Shown: positions 18,500-28,549, counted from the first letter of the stretch. The stretch is DNA of 64,000 nt from an uncultured Gemmatimonadaceae bacterium (GCA_963740355.1 CAVUDW010000002.1:1568001-1632000), one strand, 5' to 3'. A program made the numbers and translations. Notes: a model not told the origin generated them from the letters alone.

Positions 18500-19894
18500 A
18501 TGCAACGACGCGAGTTCCTCGGGCAGATGGGGGCCAGCACGGCGGGCCTCGCCCTCGGCGCGCGCGCGGCGACGACGTCAATCTCCCGCTGGTTCGATCC
18601 GGCGCGAAGCAGCACCGATCGAATGGCGTGGTGGCGCGACGCACGCTTCGGGATGTTCATCCATTTCGGTCTCTATTCCTCCCTCGGTGGTGAGTGGAAG
18701 GGCAAGCCGACTGGATCGCACGAGTGGATCCGCAACAATGCGAAGATCCCCCACGAGGAGTACATCCCGCTGGTTCGCGACTTCAACCCGAGTCAACTCG
18801 ACGTTGACAGCTGGGTGCGGGCCGCCAAGGATGCTGGGCAGAAGTATGTCGTGTTCACGACCAAGCACCACGAGGGCTTCTCGCTCTTCGATTCTCGCGT
18901 GACGTCGTATGATGTGATGTCAACGCCCTACAAGCGCGACGTCGCCCGCGATGTCGCGCGCGCCTGTCGCAGGCATGGGATGCGTATCGGATGGTACTAC
19001 TCCATCATGGACTGGTATCACCCTGACTACCTCCCACGCCGCGACTGGGAGACGCGAGATGCCTCCACCGCAGACTTCACGCGTTACGTCGCGTTCATGA
19101 AGGCGCAGTTGCGGGAGCTTCTCACCCACTACGGCGACATCTCCGTGCTCTGGTTCGATGGGCAGTGGGAGAGTACCTGGACGCATGAGATCGCCCAGTC
19201 GCTTGGTGCCTTCTGCCGATCGATTGCGCCAGACATCATCATCAATGACCGAATAGATGTGGGTGTCCCGAAGCAGCCCGCGCCCGATCCGTCGTACCAC
19301 GTCGTGGGCGACTACACGACGCCTGAACTGACGGTACCAGAGAGTCAGCTCGCTGGTGTGGACTGGGAGACGTGCATGACGATGAACAAGAACTGGGGAT
19401 ACTCGAAGGCCGATCACGACTTCAAGTCGGTACCGACGCTGGTGAAGCTGTTGATCGAGACGTCGTCCAAGGGCGGAAACCTGCTGCTCAACGTTGGACC
19501 CATGGGCGACGGCCGAATACCGCAGGAGAGCCTCGATGGCCTCGCGGGTATCGGCGCGTGGATGCGGGTGAATGGCAGCGCCATCTATGGCACCCGCGCC
19601 ACTCCCTTCGCCGGCGCACCGCTTCGAGTGACGTCTCAACCTCGGCGATTGAACCTGTTCGTCGAGGAGTGGCGTGGTGGTGGCGTGACCATGCCAACGC
19701 TTCGGACGGTGCCACGCGAAGCGTACCTGCTGGAGGATCGGTCGCTCCGAATTGCCACCAGTCTCTCGGAGGATGGGCTGAGCGTCGTGCTTCCAGATCG
19801 CGGTCCCGGGACACTCGTGCCAGTGGTGGTGCTCGAGTTCGATGAACCACCGCAGGTCGGTGGCGCCACACACCAGCCTCACCCCCGATCATGA
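18500..19894 (+). CDS. Alpha-L-fucosidase (GH29), Tat-exported
   Basis: Twin-arginine signal MQRREFL; WWRDARFGMFIHFG, TTKHHEGF, LWFDG and SKGGNLLLNVGP. Confidence 0.95.
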   Translation: MQRREFLGQMGASTAGLALGARAATTSISRWFDPARSSTDRMAWWRDARFGMFIHFGLYSSLGGEWKGKPTGSHEWIRNNAKIPHEEYIPLVRDFNPSQLDVDSWVRAAKDAGQKYVVFTTKHHEGFSLFDSRVTSYDVMSTPYKRDVARDVARACRRHGMRIGWYYSIMDWYHPDYLPRRDWETRDASTADFTRYVAFMKAQLRELLTHYGDISVLWFDGQWESTWTHEIAQSLGAFCRSIAPDIIINDRIDVGVPKQPAPDPSYHVVGDYTTPELTVPESQLAGVDWETCMTMNKNWGYSKADHDFKSVPTLVKLLIETSSKGGNLLLNVGPMGDGRIPQESLDGLAGIGAWMRVNGSAIYGTRATPFAGAPLRVTSQPRRLNLFVEEWRGGGVTMPTLRTVPREAYLLEDRSLRIATSLSEDGLSVVLPDRGPGTLVPVVVLEFDEPPQVGGATHQPHPRS

Positions 19895-21540
19895 CGCCGC
19901 GTCGAGTGCTCCAGATTCACCCACATGATTCCGTGCTCGTGGCGTTGGCCGATCACGCCGTAGGTGATGTGATCTGGCACGACGGTGCCGACATCACGCT
20001 CGTCACGCCCGTGAAGGCAAAGCACAAGGTGGTGCTGCGCGATGTCGCGGTTGGTGATCCCATCATCATGTACGGCGTGTTGGTTGGCCGTGCCACGCAA
20101 CCCATCGCACGCGGTGCGGCGCTCACGACGGACAACGTGCGCCACGACAATGCGCCAATCGACTTGTCGGCGCCGGTAGCGCGACCGTGGCAGGCCCCGG
20201 ACGTCTCGCGAGTCGCGAATCGAACCTTCGACGGCTATCACCGGGCCGATGGTCGAGTCGGGACGCGCAATCTCTGGCTCGTGCTGCCGCTGGTGTTCTG
20301 CGAAAACCGGAACGTGCGCGCGCTACAGGAGGCGTTCGACCGCGAACTCGGCTACGCCGCGCCGCAGCGGCACCAGCGTGCCGTGCGCGAGATGGTGCGA
20401 CGGTACCAGCAGGGCGAGGCCATCGACGTCGCCCCGTTGCCAGCCGACGCGGCTGCTGCGACGCAAACGAGGACATTCCCCAATCTGGATGGGATCCGCT
20501 TCCTCACCCACGACGGGGGCTGTGGAGGCACACGCGACGACACGCGGGCGCTGTGCGGACTTCTGGCTGGCTACCTCGTGCATCCGAACGTCGCTGGTGC
20601 CACGGTGCTCTCGCTGGGGTGCCAGCATGCGCAGGTCGACCTCCTGCGAGAGGAACTCGCGCGTCGGGATCCTGCCTTCGCCAAGCCGCTGCTCACCTTC
20701 GAGCAGCAGCGAATGGGAACCGAGGACGCACTGATGACCGCAGCCATTCATGAGAGCTTTGCCGGCTTCATCGAGGCGAATCGTGCCGTCCGCACGCCAG
20801 CTCCACTGTCGGCTCTCTCGGTCGGGCTCAAGTGCGGCGGCTCGGACGGCTTTTCGGGAATCTCCGCCAATCCTGCGATCGGCTACACCTCCGATCTGCT
20901 CTGTGCGGTTGGAGGAACGACGCTGCTGGCCGAATTCCCCGAACTGCTGGGGTCCGAGCAGGAGTTGATCGAGCGCTGCACACGACCAGACCTCGCCCTG
21001 CGTTTCGCTGAGCTGATGCGTGCCTACGATGCACAGGCGCACGCCGTCGGTTCCGGGTTCGAGATGAATCCGTCCCCCGGCAACATTCGCGATGGGTTGC
21101 TCACTGATGCGATGAAGTCCGCCGGTGCGGCACGGAAGGGCGGAACCTCGCCCGTGACGGATGTCCTCGACTATCCCGACCGCGCCCAGACGCCGGGGCT
21201 GAATTTGCTCTGCACACCGGGCAATGATGTCGAATGCACCACCGCACAGGCGGCAGCGGGGGCGAACATCATCCTGTTCACCACAGGGCTCGGGACGCCG
21301 ACTGGCAACCCGGTCGCTCCGGTGCTGAAGCTGGCGACGAACACGCCGCTCGCTCGACGCATGCCTGATACGGTGGACATCGATTGTGGCGATGTCGTCT
21401 CAGGGGATGCGACACTGGAAGAGATGGGCGAACGCATCCTCGACCTGGTGATCGAGACGGCCAGTGGTCGGCATGTGACAGCCGCCGAGCGCCTTGGGCA
21501 ATGGGACTTCATACCGTGGAAACGAGGGGTATCGCTGTGA
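19891..21540 (+). CDS. UxaA/GarD-family sugar-acid dehydratase (SAF domain)
   Basis: IHPHDSV, HDGGCG, LGCQ, GLKCGGSDGFSGISANPAIG, NPSPGN and FTTGLGTP motifs. Confidence 0.92.
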   Translation: MTPRRVLQIHPHDSVLVALADHAVGDVIWHDGADITLVTPVKAKHKVVLRDVAVGDPIIMYGVLVGRATQPIARGAALTTDNVRHDNAPIDLSAPVARPWQAPDVSRVANRTFDGYHRADGRVGTRNLWLVLPLVFCENRNVRALQEAFDRELGYAAPQRHQRAVREMVRRYQQGEAIDVAPLPADAAAATQTRTFPNLDGIRFLTHDGGCGGTRDDTRALCGLLAGYLVHPNVAGATVLSLGCQHAQVDLLREELARRDPAFAKPLLTFEQQRMGTEDALMTAAIHESFAGFIEANRAVRTPAPLSALSVGLKCGGSDGFSGISANPAIGYTSDLLCAVGGTTLLAEFPELLGSEQELIERCTRPDLALRFAELMRAYDAQAHAVGSGFEMNPSPGNIRDGLLTDAMKSAGAARKGGTSPVTDVLDYPDRAQTPGLNLLCTPGNDVECTTAQAAAGANIILFTTGLGTPTGNPVAPVLKLATNTPLARRMPDTVDIDCGDVVSGDATLEEMGERILDLVIETASGRHVTAAERLGQWDFIPWKRGVSL

Positions 21541-22322
21541 GTGACGGAGGAAAGGAGGCCTTTACGCTGACTGGTCGCGTGGCGGCGGTCACGGGTGCCG
21601 CGAGCGGCATCGGTCGTGCAATTGCCGAGGAGTTCGTGCGGGCCGGCGCGTTCGTGCACTGCCTCGATCGCGACAGCGAGGCGGTCCAGTCGGTTGCTGC
21701 GGCTCTTGGCGCGAGTGCGCAGGCACACCAATGCGATGTGACTGATCTCGAGTCGGTGACGCGTATCTTCGAGCGCATCGAGAAGGAAATGCCGGTGGAC
21801 ATCCTCGTGAACAACGCGGGCGTCTCGCACATCGGGAACGTCGGCAATACCTCACCTGAGGACTTCGATCGACTCTTCCGTGTCAACGTGCAGGGTGTCT
21901 ACCTCTGCACGCGCGCCGTGATCAGCGGCATGGCAGCTCGAAAGTTCGGCGTGATCATCAACATGGCGTCGATCGCCGCGTCGGCCGGGCTTGCCGACCG
22001 CTTCGCCTACGCCATGACGAAGGGGGCCGTGGTCGCGATGACCTACTCCATTGCGCGCGACTACGTGCACGATGGCGTGCGCTGCAATTGCATCTCGCCG
22101 GCGCGCGTGCACACTCCCTTCGTGGACGACTTCCTCGCGAGGACCTACCCGGGGAACGAGGCTGCCGTCTTTGCACGGCTGGCTGCCGCGCAACCGGTTG
22201 GACGCATGGGGCGCCCCGATGAAGTGGCGACGTTGGCGCGCTTCCTCGCCAGCGATGAAGCAGCCTTCCTGACCGGCACCGACTATCCAATCGATGGCGG
22301 CTTTCTGCGGCTGCATGGCTGA
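21537..22322 (+). CDS. SDR oxidoreductase, probable 2-keto-3-deoxy-L-fuconate dehydrogenase
   Basis: TGAASGIG, NNAG and YAMTKG; DRFAY motif; GTG start overlaps the upstream stop; operon context. Confidence 0.8.
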   Translation: MSDGGKEAFTLTGRVAAVTGAASGIGRAIAEEFVRAGAFVHCLDRDSEAVQSVAAALGASAQAHQCDVTDLESVTRIFERIEKEMPVDILVNNAGVSHIGNVGNTSPEDFDRLFRVNVQGVYLCTRAVISGMAARKFGVIINMASIAASAGLADRFAYAMTKGAVVAMTYSIARDYVHDGVRCNCISPARVHTPFVDDFLARTYPGNEAAVFARLAAAQPVGRMGRPDEVATLARFLASDEAAFLTGTDYPIDGGFLRLHG

Positions 22323-22358
22323 CAGCACGAGCCTCGGCCACAACAGCGTGACGCGATA

Positions 22359-23189
22359 GTGCGCGTCGACAGCCACCAGCACTTCTGGCATTTCGATCCT
22401 GTGCGTGATGCCTGGATCGATGACAGCATGCCTGTGCTTCGCCACGACTTTCTCCCTCGTGATGTCGAGCCGCTGATGCGTGCCGCCGGCGTGGACGCGG
22501 TCGTGGCCGTGCAGGCCGATCAATCCGACGCTGAAACTGACTTTCTGCTTGATCTGGCCGCGCGGTACCACTGGATTCGGGGCGTCGTTGGCTGGATCGA
22601 CCTGCGGGCGACGGATTTGCGCGCGCAGCTCGAGCAACGGCAGCGTGCTGGCCTCCTGAAAGGATTTCGGCATATCGCGCAATCGGAGCCGGATGACTTT
22701 CTCGCACGGCCGGAGGTGCGTGCCGGCATAATCGCGTTGGGAGAGGCCGACTTCACCTACGATGTCCTGGTTCACGCCCGGCAGCTTCCCGCGGCGGATG
22801 ATCTCGTGGCGCGGTGTGGCGGCGTGCAGTTCGTCCTCGACCACGGTGCGAAGCCGCCGATCGCAAGCGGCGCGCTCTCAGAGTGGGAGCGGGGGATATC
22901 ACGAATCGCTCGGCACTCGAATGTGACGTGCAAGATGTCCGGCTTGATCACGGAGGCCAGCTGGAGCCATTGGCGGCGTGAGGACATCGCGCCTTGTTTC
23001 GACATGCTGGCCGAGGCGTTCGGACCAGAGCGGCTCATGTTCGGTTCTGATTGGCCCGTATGCCTGTTGGCCGGTGAGTACGCCCGCGTGATCGATATTG
23101 TGGAGACGTGGGCGTTGTGCTTGACACCACTCGAGCGCGCGCGTGTCTTTGGCGGCACTGCGGTGGCCGTGTACCGTCTGGAGGGGTGA
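22359..23189 (+). CDS. Amidohydrolase-family L-fuconolactonase
   Basis: DSHQHFW, LDHGAKP and RLMFGSDWPVC; operon context. Confidence 0.88.
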   Translation: MRVDSHQHFWHFDPVRDAWIDDSMPVLRHDFLPRDVEPLMRAAGVDAVVAVQADQSDAETDFLLDLAARYHWIRGVVGWIDLRATDLRAQLEQRQRAGLLKGFRHIAQSEPDDFLARPEVRAGIIALGEADFTYDVLVHARQLPAADDLVARCGGVQFVLDHGAKPPIASGALSEWERGISRIARHSNVTCKMSGLITEASWSHWRREDIAPCFDMLAEAFGPERLMFGSDWPVCLLAGEYARVIDIVETWALCLTPLERARVFGGTAVAVYRLEG

Positions 23190-23975
23190 ATGGAGCTCGG
23201 ACTCGAGGGGCGCGCGATCCTCGTTACCGGCGGCGCCAAGGGTATTGGCGCGGCGATCGCGCGCTTGCTGGCCGCAGAGGGCGCCCGTCCCATCGTTCTC
23301 GATCGCGATGAAGCGGCCCTGTCCGCGATGCGCGAGAGCGTGCGGGATGTGATTGCGATTGTCTGCGATCTGCGGGATCCGGCGGCCTGCCGCGACGCGG
23401 TGTCGGATGCAGTCGCGCGAGCTGGCGACATTGCGGCGCTGGTCAACAATGCCGGCGTGAACGATGGGGTCGGGCTGGAGCATGGGGATCCCGATCGATT
23501 CCGGGAGTCGCTTCGCACCAACCTGCATCACTACTACGACGTTGCGCACGCCGCATTGCCCTCGTTGAAGGCTGCCACGCGAGGCGGCTGGAAGGCGGGC
23601 ATCGTGAACATCGCGAGCAAGACCGCGGTGACGGGGCAGGGTGGCACCTCCGGCTACGCCGCGTCGAAGGGAGCGATCCTCGCCCTCACGCGCGAGTGGG
23701 CGGTGGAGCTGCTGCCGTATGGCATCCGCGTGAATGCGATCGTGCCAGCCGAGGTGAAGACGCCGCTGTATGAATCCTGGTTGCAGACATTCCCGGACCC
23801 GGCGGCGCAGGAGGCGAAAGTCCTCGATCGGATCCCGCTCGAGCAGCGCATGACACACCCCGACGAGATCGCATCGATGGCCTGCTACCTGCTGTCGGCG
23901 CGTGCAGGACACACTACCGGACAGCATCTCTTCGTCGATGGTGGCTATGTCCATCTCGATCGGGCGCTCCGCTGA
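23190..23975 (+). CDS. SDR oxidoreductase, probable L-fucose dehydrogenase
   Basis: TGGAKGIG, NNAGVND, SKTAVTGQGGTSGYAASKG and VDGGYVHLDRAL. Confidence 0.85.
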   Translation: MELGLEGRAILVTGGAKGIGAAIARLLAAEGARPIVLDRDEAALSAMRESVRDVIAIVCDLRDPAACRDAVSDAVARAGDIAALVNNAGVNDGVGLEHGDPDRFRESLRTNLHHYYDVAHAALPSLKAATRGGWKAGIVNIASKTAVTGQGGTSGYAASKGAILALTREWAVELLPYGIRVNAIVPAEVKTPLYESWLQTFPDPAAQEAKVLDRIPLEQRMTHPDEIASMACYLLSARAGHTTGQHLFVDGGYVHLDRALR

Positions 23976-24005
23976 CTGTCTGACTCACGATCGACTGGAG
24001 ACCGG

Positions 24006-25274
24006 ATGTCCGATCGCAGCGCCCCGCTCACGGACCGACAGTATGTCGTGCCGTTCGTGCTCGTCACGTCGCTCTTCTTTCTCTGGGCGATCGGCGTCAA
24101 CCTGAACGATGTGCTGGTGCCGCACCTGAAGAAGGCGCTCGACCTCAGCGACTTCCAGTCATCGCTGATCCAGACGGCATTCTTCAGCGGCTATTTCCTG
24201 ATGGCGCTACCGGCGGGATGGCTGATGCGCCGGCTTGGATATCGGCGCGGGATCCTGATCGGACTGGCATTGTGTGCCGCAGGGACACTTCTCTTTCAGC
24301 CGGCCGCTTCGGCGCGCTGGTATCCGTTCTTCCTGTTGGCGCTGTTCGTGATGGCCTGCGGGCAATGTGTGCTCGAGGTGGCGGCGAATCCGTACGTGAC
24401 GGTGCTTGGTCCGACGGAATCGGCGGCGCGTCGGCTGAATGTGGCACAGGCGTTCAACGCAGTCGGCGCGGTGCTGACACCGGTGCTCGGGTCGCGATTC
24501 ATCCTCTCCGGGGTGGAGCATTCGTCGTCCGACATCGCCAGCATGTCGCCGGCTGCGATCGAAGCCTGGCGCTCGGCGGAGGCGATGGGCGTGAAGGGGC
24601 CATACGTCGTGATCACCGCGCTGTTCGTGCTGGTTGGGATGATGATCGCGTTCGCCAATCTTCCCGAGGTGTCGGAAGCCGGTGTGGGGGGCGGTCGCGG
24701 GCTGGCCAGTGCGTGGCGGCATTCGCAACTGCGCAACGGTGTCATCGCGCAATTCTGTTATGTCGGCGCACAGGTCGGTGTCGCGTCGTTCGTCATCCGC
24801 TTCGTGCAGCAGGCGATGCCAGGCACGGGTGAACGCGACGCCGCGAGTTTTCTGCAGTGGCACATGGCGGCGTTCCTTGTCGGGCGCATCGGTGGGGCGT
24901 TGGTGATGACGCGTGTGCCGGCGCCGAAACTCCTCAGCGTCGTGGCGGCACTGGGAATCGTATCAGCCGCCGGCGCAGCACTCGGCGCAGGCTCGCTCTC
25001 CGTGTGGCTGGTGGTGCTGCTCGGACTGTGCCACTCAATCCAGTTCCCGACGATCTTCGCCCTCGCCATCGATGGGCTGGGCGATGATACCAAGTCGGGG
25101 TCATCGCTGGTGGTGATGAGCATCGTCGGCGGCGCCATCATTCCGGCGGCCATGGGCGCATTGTCCGACGCGCGTGGTATTCAGTCGGCATTCTGGATTC
25201 CGGTCGCCTGCTATGCAGCCGTCTTGTACTTCGGGCTGCGCGGCCATCGACACACGACGGAGGAGCGCGCATGA
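24006..25274 (+). CDS. fucP: L-fucose:H+ symporter (MFS)
   Basis: LFFLW..NLNDVL, LEVAANPY, RLNVAQAFN, YVGAQV and SIQFPTIF; about 12 TM segments. Confidence 0.9.
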   Translation: MSDRSAPLTDRQYVVPFVLVTSLFFLWAIGVNLNDVLVPHLKKALDLSDFQSSLIQTAFFSGYFLMALPAGWLMRRLGYRRGILIGLALCAAGTLLFQPAASARWYPFFLLALFVMACGQCVLEVAANPYVTVLGPTESAARRLNVAQAFNAVGAVLTPVLGSRFILSGVEHSSSDIASMSPAAIEAWRSAEAMGVKGPYVVITALFVLVGMMIAFANLPEVSEAGVGGGRGLASAWRHSQLRNGVIAQFCYVGAQVGVASFVIRFVQQAMPGTGERDAASFLQWHMAAFLVGRIGGALVMTRVPAPKLLSVVAALGIVSAAGAALGAGSLSVWLVVLLGLCHSIQFPTIFALAIDGLGDDTKSGSSLVVMSIVGGAIIPAAMGALSDARGIQSAFWIPVACYAAVLYFGLRGHRHTTEERA

Positions 25275-25621
25275 ACGCGACGTCAACCGAGCGGTGGTGC
25301 CTTGCGCTCGACCTGAAGGATGATCCGGCGCTGATCGACGAGTACTGCCGTCTTCACGAGGACATCTGGCCGGAGATCGCGACCAGCATTCGCGACGCGG
25401 GCATCGTCGGCATGCAGATCTGGCGGACGGGTAATCGGCTCTTCATGGTGATGGAGACCGATGCGCGTTTCGATCCCAAGGCAAAGGCGCTCGCCGATGC
25501 CACCAATCCGAGGGTGCAGGAGTGGGAGTCGCTGATGTGGCGGTTTCAGCAGCCGCTGCCGTGGGCGGCGGCGGGCGAGAAGTGGGTGTTGATGGAGCGA
25601 ATCTTCGATCTCGACGCATGA
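25271..25621 (+). CDS. L-rhamnose/L-fucose mutarotase (RhaM family)
   Basis: LDLKDDPALIDEY..LH..IWPEI and VQEWESLM. Confidence 0.88.
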   Translation: MNATSTERWCLALDLKDDPALIDEYCRLHEDIWPEIATSIRDAGIVGMQIWRTGNRLFMVMETDARFDPKAKALADATNPRVQEWESLMWRFQQPLPWAAAGEKWVLMERIFDLDA

Positions 25622-25704
25622 TGCTGGCGTGAAAATCGGTTGCCGAGACGCGTGTCGTCGTCTCGCCGTTCTTACTTACGAACGCTTCGCCAAAGGGCCT
25701 GCGC

Positions 25705-26430
25705 TTAGCGATCCGGAATCGAGGTCTCGAGCAGCTTGGCCTGCAGATTCACTCGATGGGTGAGCGCACCGGTCGTCAGCACATGGGCGAACGCCGTCCC
25801 GTCGAAGCTGACAGCCGCGTGCGTCGCAGTGCGAACGGGCCGCTGTTGGGCCTTGCCGACCATGTTGGTGAGTTCGAGCACCACTATACCCGTCAGCGGC
25901 CAGAGGAAGCGCGGGTCATTCACGAGATAGCGAACATCGGCGTAGCGATGCACCCGCACGAGCGTAGTGGGTTCACGGCCGGCGGCACCGCGGTCGATCT
26001 TGACGATCGAGTCGAGCCCATTCATCACCACGTGCCCGCGATCATCGAGCGCGTACTGACGCGTGAATGCGCGCGACTCGGTGGCGCCGTCGGCGAGGGT
26101 GGCTCGCGTGTGCCGGATCGTCTCGATGACCGAACCCGGCTTGCCGTCATAGACGGGCACGGTGCCGCCCGAGGAGTCGGCGAAGTGCACCTGTGAGCTA
26201 TCGCTGGATCCGCACGCCGGTGTGACCTTGCAGGCCGCGAGGTCAGCCATCGACGGCCGTTCGTAGGCTGCAGCGAGGCCGAAGAAGTCGATCATCGCCG
26301 GCGTGAGCTTGGTCGAGAGCGGGATGCCTTCCTGCGCCGCCGCCTCGCGTGGGCGTGGCGTGGCGACGATGCCTGCGGCTGCAATGGCAACGGCGGCGAG
26401 CGTGAGCAGGAACGGCTTGGTGGGCGGCAT
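25705..26430 (-). CDS. Hypothetical secreted protein
   Basis: Signal peptide (LLTLAAVAIAAAG..AAA-Q); coding-like composition; no family recognised. Confidence 0.6.
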   Translation of the reverse strand: MPPTKPFLLTLAAVAIAAAGIVATPRPREAAAQEGIPLSTKLTPAMIDFFGLAAAYERPSMADLAACKVTPACGSSDSSQVHFADSSGGTVPVYDGKPGSVIETIRHTRATLADGATESRAFTRQYALDDRGHVVMNGLDSIVKIDRGAAGREPTTLVRVHRYADVRYLVNDPRFLWPLTGIVVLELTNMVGKAQQRPVRTATHAAVSFDGTAFAHVLTTGALTHRVNLQAKLLETSIPDR

Positions 26431-26583
26431 CGCGAGGGGGCAGGGCGGAGGTCGATGGTGCTGAGGGGTGACGACGCGCCGACCACCAGCGTCACCGGCT
26501 GAGCTATCGGTCGCGCCGGGTCATCGGCGACCGCGTCTCCGATGCGCCGTGCCGCCGCGGGCCAGGATCGGGTACACTTCGGC

Positions 26584-27294
26584 ATGAAACCTCGCCCAAC
26601 AGCCCTCGTGACCGGTGCTTCCCGTGGCATCGGCCGCGCCATCGCCCTCGCGCTGGCACCGACGCATGACCTCGTTCTCACGGCCCGCTCCGCCGACGCA
26701 CTCGAAGCGGTAGCCGGCGAAGCCGCAGCGCTCGGTGCTGCGGTCCGATCCATCCCCTGTGATGTCGCGGATGCCGCTGCCGTCACCTCGGCACTCGAGC
26801 ATATCGAGTGCGATGTGCTCGTGAACAACGCGGGCGTGGCAAGCCTGAAGCCGTTCCTGTCGCTCACGCCGGCCGAATGGGATGGCATGGTCGATGTGAA
26901 CATCAATGCGCTCTTCCACGTCACGCGCGCCGTGCTGCCCGGGATGGTCTCGCGGCAACGCGGACATGTGATCACGATTGGATCGACGGCCGGTCGCAAC
27001 ACCTTCCTCGGTGGCACCTGTTACGCCGGCACCAAACACTTCGTGATGGGATTCAGCGAGTCGCTGATGCTCGAAGTGCGTGATGCGGGCGTAAAGGTGA
27101 GTGTCGTGATGCCGGGAAGTGTCGAGACCGACCTGTTCCCTGCCGGTACGGACACCAGCTGGATGTGCACACCAGAGGATGTGGCCGGTGCCGTGCGTCA
27201 GATGGTCGATACGCCGCCGCACACGTTGCAGTTCATCGTCGAAGTGCGGCCGCTGTCGCCGAAGCGTCGGCGGGATGGGAGCGCGCGAGGGTAG
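26584..27294 (+). CDS. Short-chain dehydrogenase/reductase
   Basis: TGASRGIG, NNAG and YAGTK. Confidence 0.9.
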   Translation: MKPRPTALVTGASRGIGRAIALALAPTHDLVLTARSADALEAVAGEAAALGAAVRSIPCDVADAAAVTSALEHIECDVLVNNAGVASLKPFLSLTPAEWDGMVDVNINALFHVTRAVLPGMVSRQRGHVITIGSTAGRNTFLGGTCYAGTKHFVMGFSESLMLEVRDAGVKVSVVMPGSVETDLFPAGTDTSWMCTPEDVAGAVRQMVDTPPHTLQFIVEVRPLSPKRRRDGSARG

Positions 27295-27319
27295 GGTGTC
27301 GCGTCGACTGGGCATACCG

Positions 27320-27820
27320 ATGCGATGTGTGTCGCTGAGCGTCACAGGGATGCTGCTGGCCGGTTCGTTGCGCGCCCAATCACTCAGTGATTTCGTACCG
27401 GCGAGCGCGGTGAATTGCGATGTCTCCACACCTCCGGCAACGGCAGGTATCGCCGCTACGCCAGGCGGGTTCGTGATGGTTCACCCACGTAACGACGCCA
27501 TTGTGGAGCGATACACGGGGTGCAAAGTGTTGTGGGTTGTGGACACCGACCGGATTCAGCGGTTCGCGACCTTGTTTTTCGAGTCGGGGTCGCTCTCCCG
27601 CGCAATCGCGCACGACGTGCGCGATCCGAAGGGTGCGGTCGAGGTCGCGTGCGACCTGAAGGCCGGCCGTTCGCTGCTTCCGACTGCGGGCCGGAAGGCT
27701 ACTGACGCGATGTGTCGGAGCATGCCGCGCGATGAGTTCTATGCGCTCAAGCTGAGCACGTGGCCGCGGCGGTGTCTGACGGAGCCGGATGCTGATGTGT
27801 GCAAGTTGGATCCGCGGTAG
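27320..27820 (+). CDS. Hypothetical secreted Cys-containing protein
   Basis: Signal peptide ending LRA-Q; six mature Cys; alternative GTG start at 27296. Confidence 0.55.
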   Translation: MRCVSLSVTGMLLAGSLRAQSLSDFVPASAVNCDVSTPPATAGIAATPGGFVMVHPRNDAIVERYTGCKVLWVVDTDRIQRFATLFFESGSLSRAIAHDVRDPKGAVEVACDLKAGRSLLPTAGRKATDAMCRSMPRDEFYALKLSTWPRRCLTEPDADVCKLDPR

Positions 27821-27829
27821 GGCGGGTGG

Positions 27830-28053
27830 GATCAAGGGGTCAGAGATCTTGTTCGGCGATTTTTGGCCGTAAGTCGCTGGTGTGTAGTGGGTTAGGTCAG
27901 GATCAAGGGGTCGGAGATCTTGATCGGCAGTTTTTGGCTGCAAGTCGTTGGTGTGCATCTGGTTAGGTCGAGATCAAGGGGTCAGAGATCTTGAACCACG
28001 GGATCATGGGGTCAGATCTTGAACCGAGATCGAGGGGGCAGAGATCTCGAACC
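27830..28053. repeat. REP-like repeat cluster, family A (GATCAAGGGGTCAGAGATCTTG core)
   Basis: Core copies start at 27830, 27901, 27972, 28002 and 28028; the first two units are near-identical 71-mers. Confidence 0.85.
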
Positions 28054-28094
28054 TCGCGCGCTTACGCTGTCTCAGAAGCTCCTCGGACCGGCCA

Positions 28095-28154
28095 TTGACA
28101 GTCGCAAACCACCCCGTACTTTACCCTCAGGCTAATTAACCGGGCGGTAAAGTA
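28095..28154 (+). promoter_or_regulatory. Sigma70-like promoter overlapped by a probable ArsR operator
   Basis: TTGACA (28095) 16 bp before TACTTT (28117); inverted repeat TACTTTACC-N20-GGTAAAGTA reaching the ATG. Confidence 0.6.
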
Positions 28155-28549
28155 TGCAGGACACCCTCAGTCGAACCTTCTCCGCGCTTGCCGACCCGAC
28201 TCGTCGGGCGATTCTGGCGCGGCTGCGGAGCGGGGAGGCCACGGTCACCCAGATCGCGGAGCCGTTCCTCGGCCGGATGACGCTGCCCGGTGTCACCAAG
28301 CACCTCAAGGTGCTGGAGTCGGCTGGCCTCATCACCAAGGGACGTGAGGCGCAGTGGCGGCCATGCACGCTCAACGCCGAGCCGTTGAAGGATGCCTCCG
28401 AATGGATGGAGGAATACCGCGTCCACATGGAAGCGAGCCTCGATCGACTCGGCGAATACCTGAAGTCGGTCACCACGACCACAAGCGCGACCCACACCGC
28501 GACCGACACCACCATCACACCGGGACTGACAGATGACCACAACGACTAG
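28154..28549 (+). CDS. ArsR/SmtB-family transcriptional regulator
   Basis: FSALADPTRRAIL, KHLKVLESAGLI and REAQWRPC. Confidence 0.93.
   Translation: MQDTLSRTFSALADPTRRAILARLRSGEATVTQIAEPFLGRMTLPGVTKHLKVLESAGLITKGREAQWRPCTLNAEPLKDASEWMEEYRVHMEASLDRLGEYLKSVTTTTSATHTATDTTITPGLTDDHND

Noticed and set aside
27380..27958. 192-aa minus-strand ORF starting in the repeat cluster
   Set aside because: Its N-terminus is translated repeat DNA and the rest is antisense to a better ORF
27830..28053. CRISPR array (22-bp repeat at 71-bp period)
   Set aside because: The intervening sequences are near-copies of each other, spacing collapses after two units, and there are no cas genes
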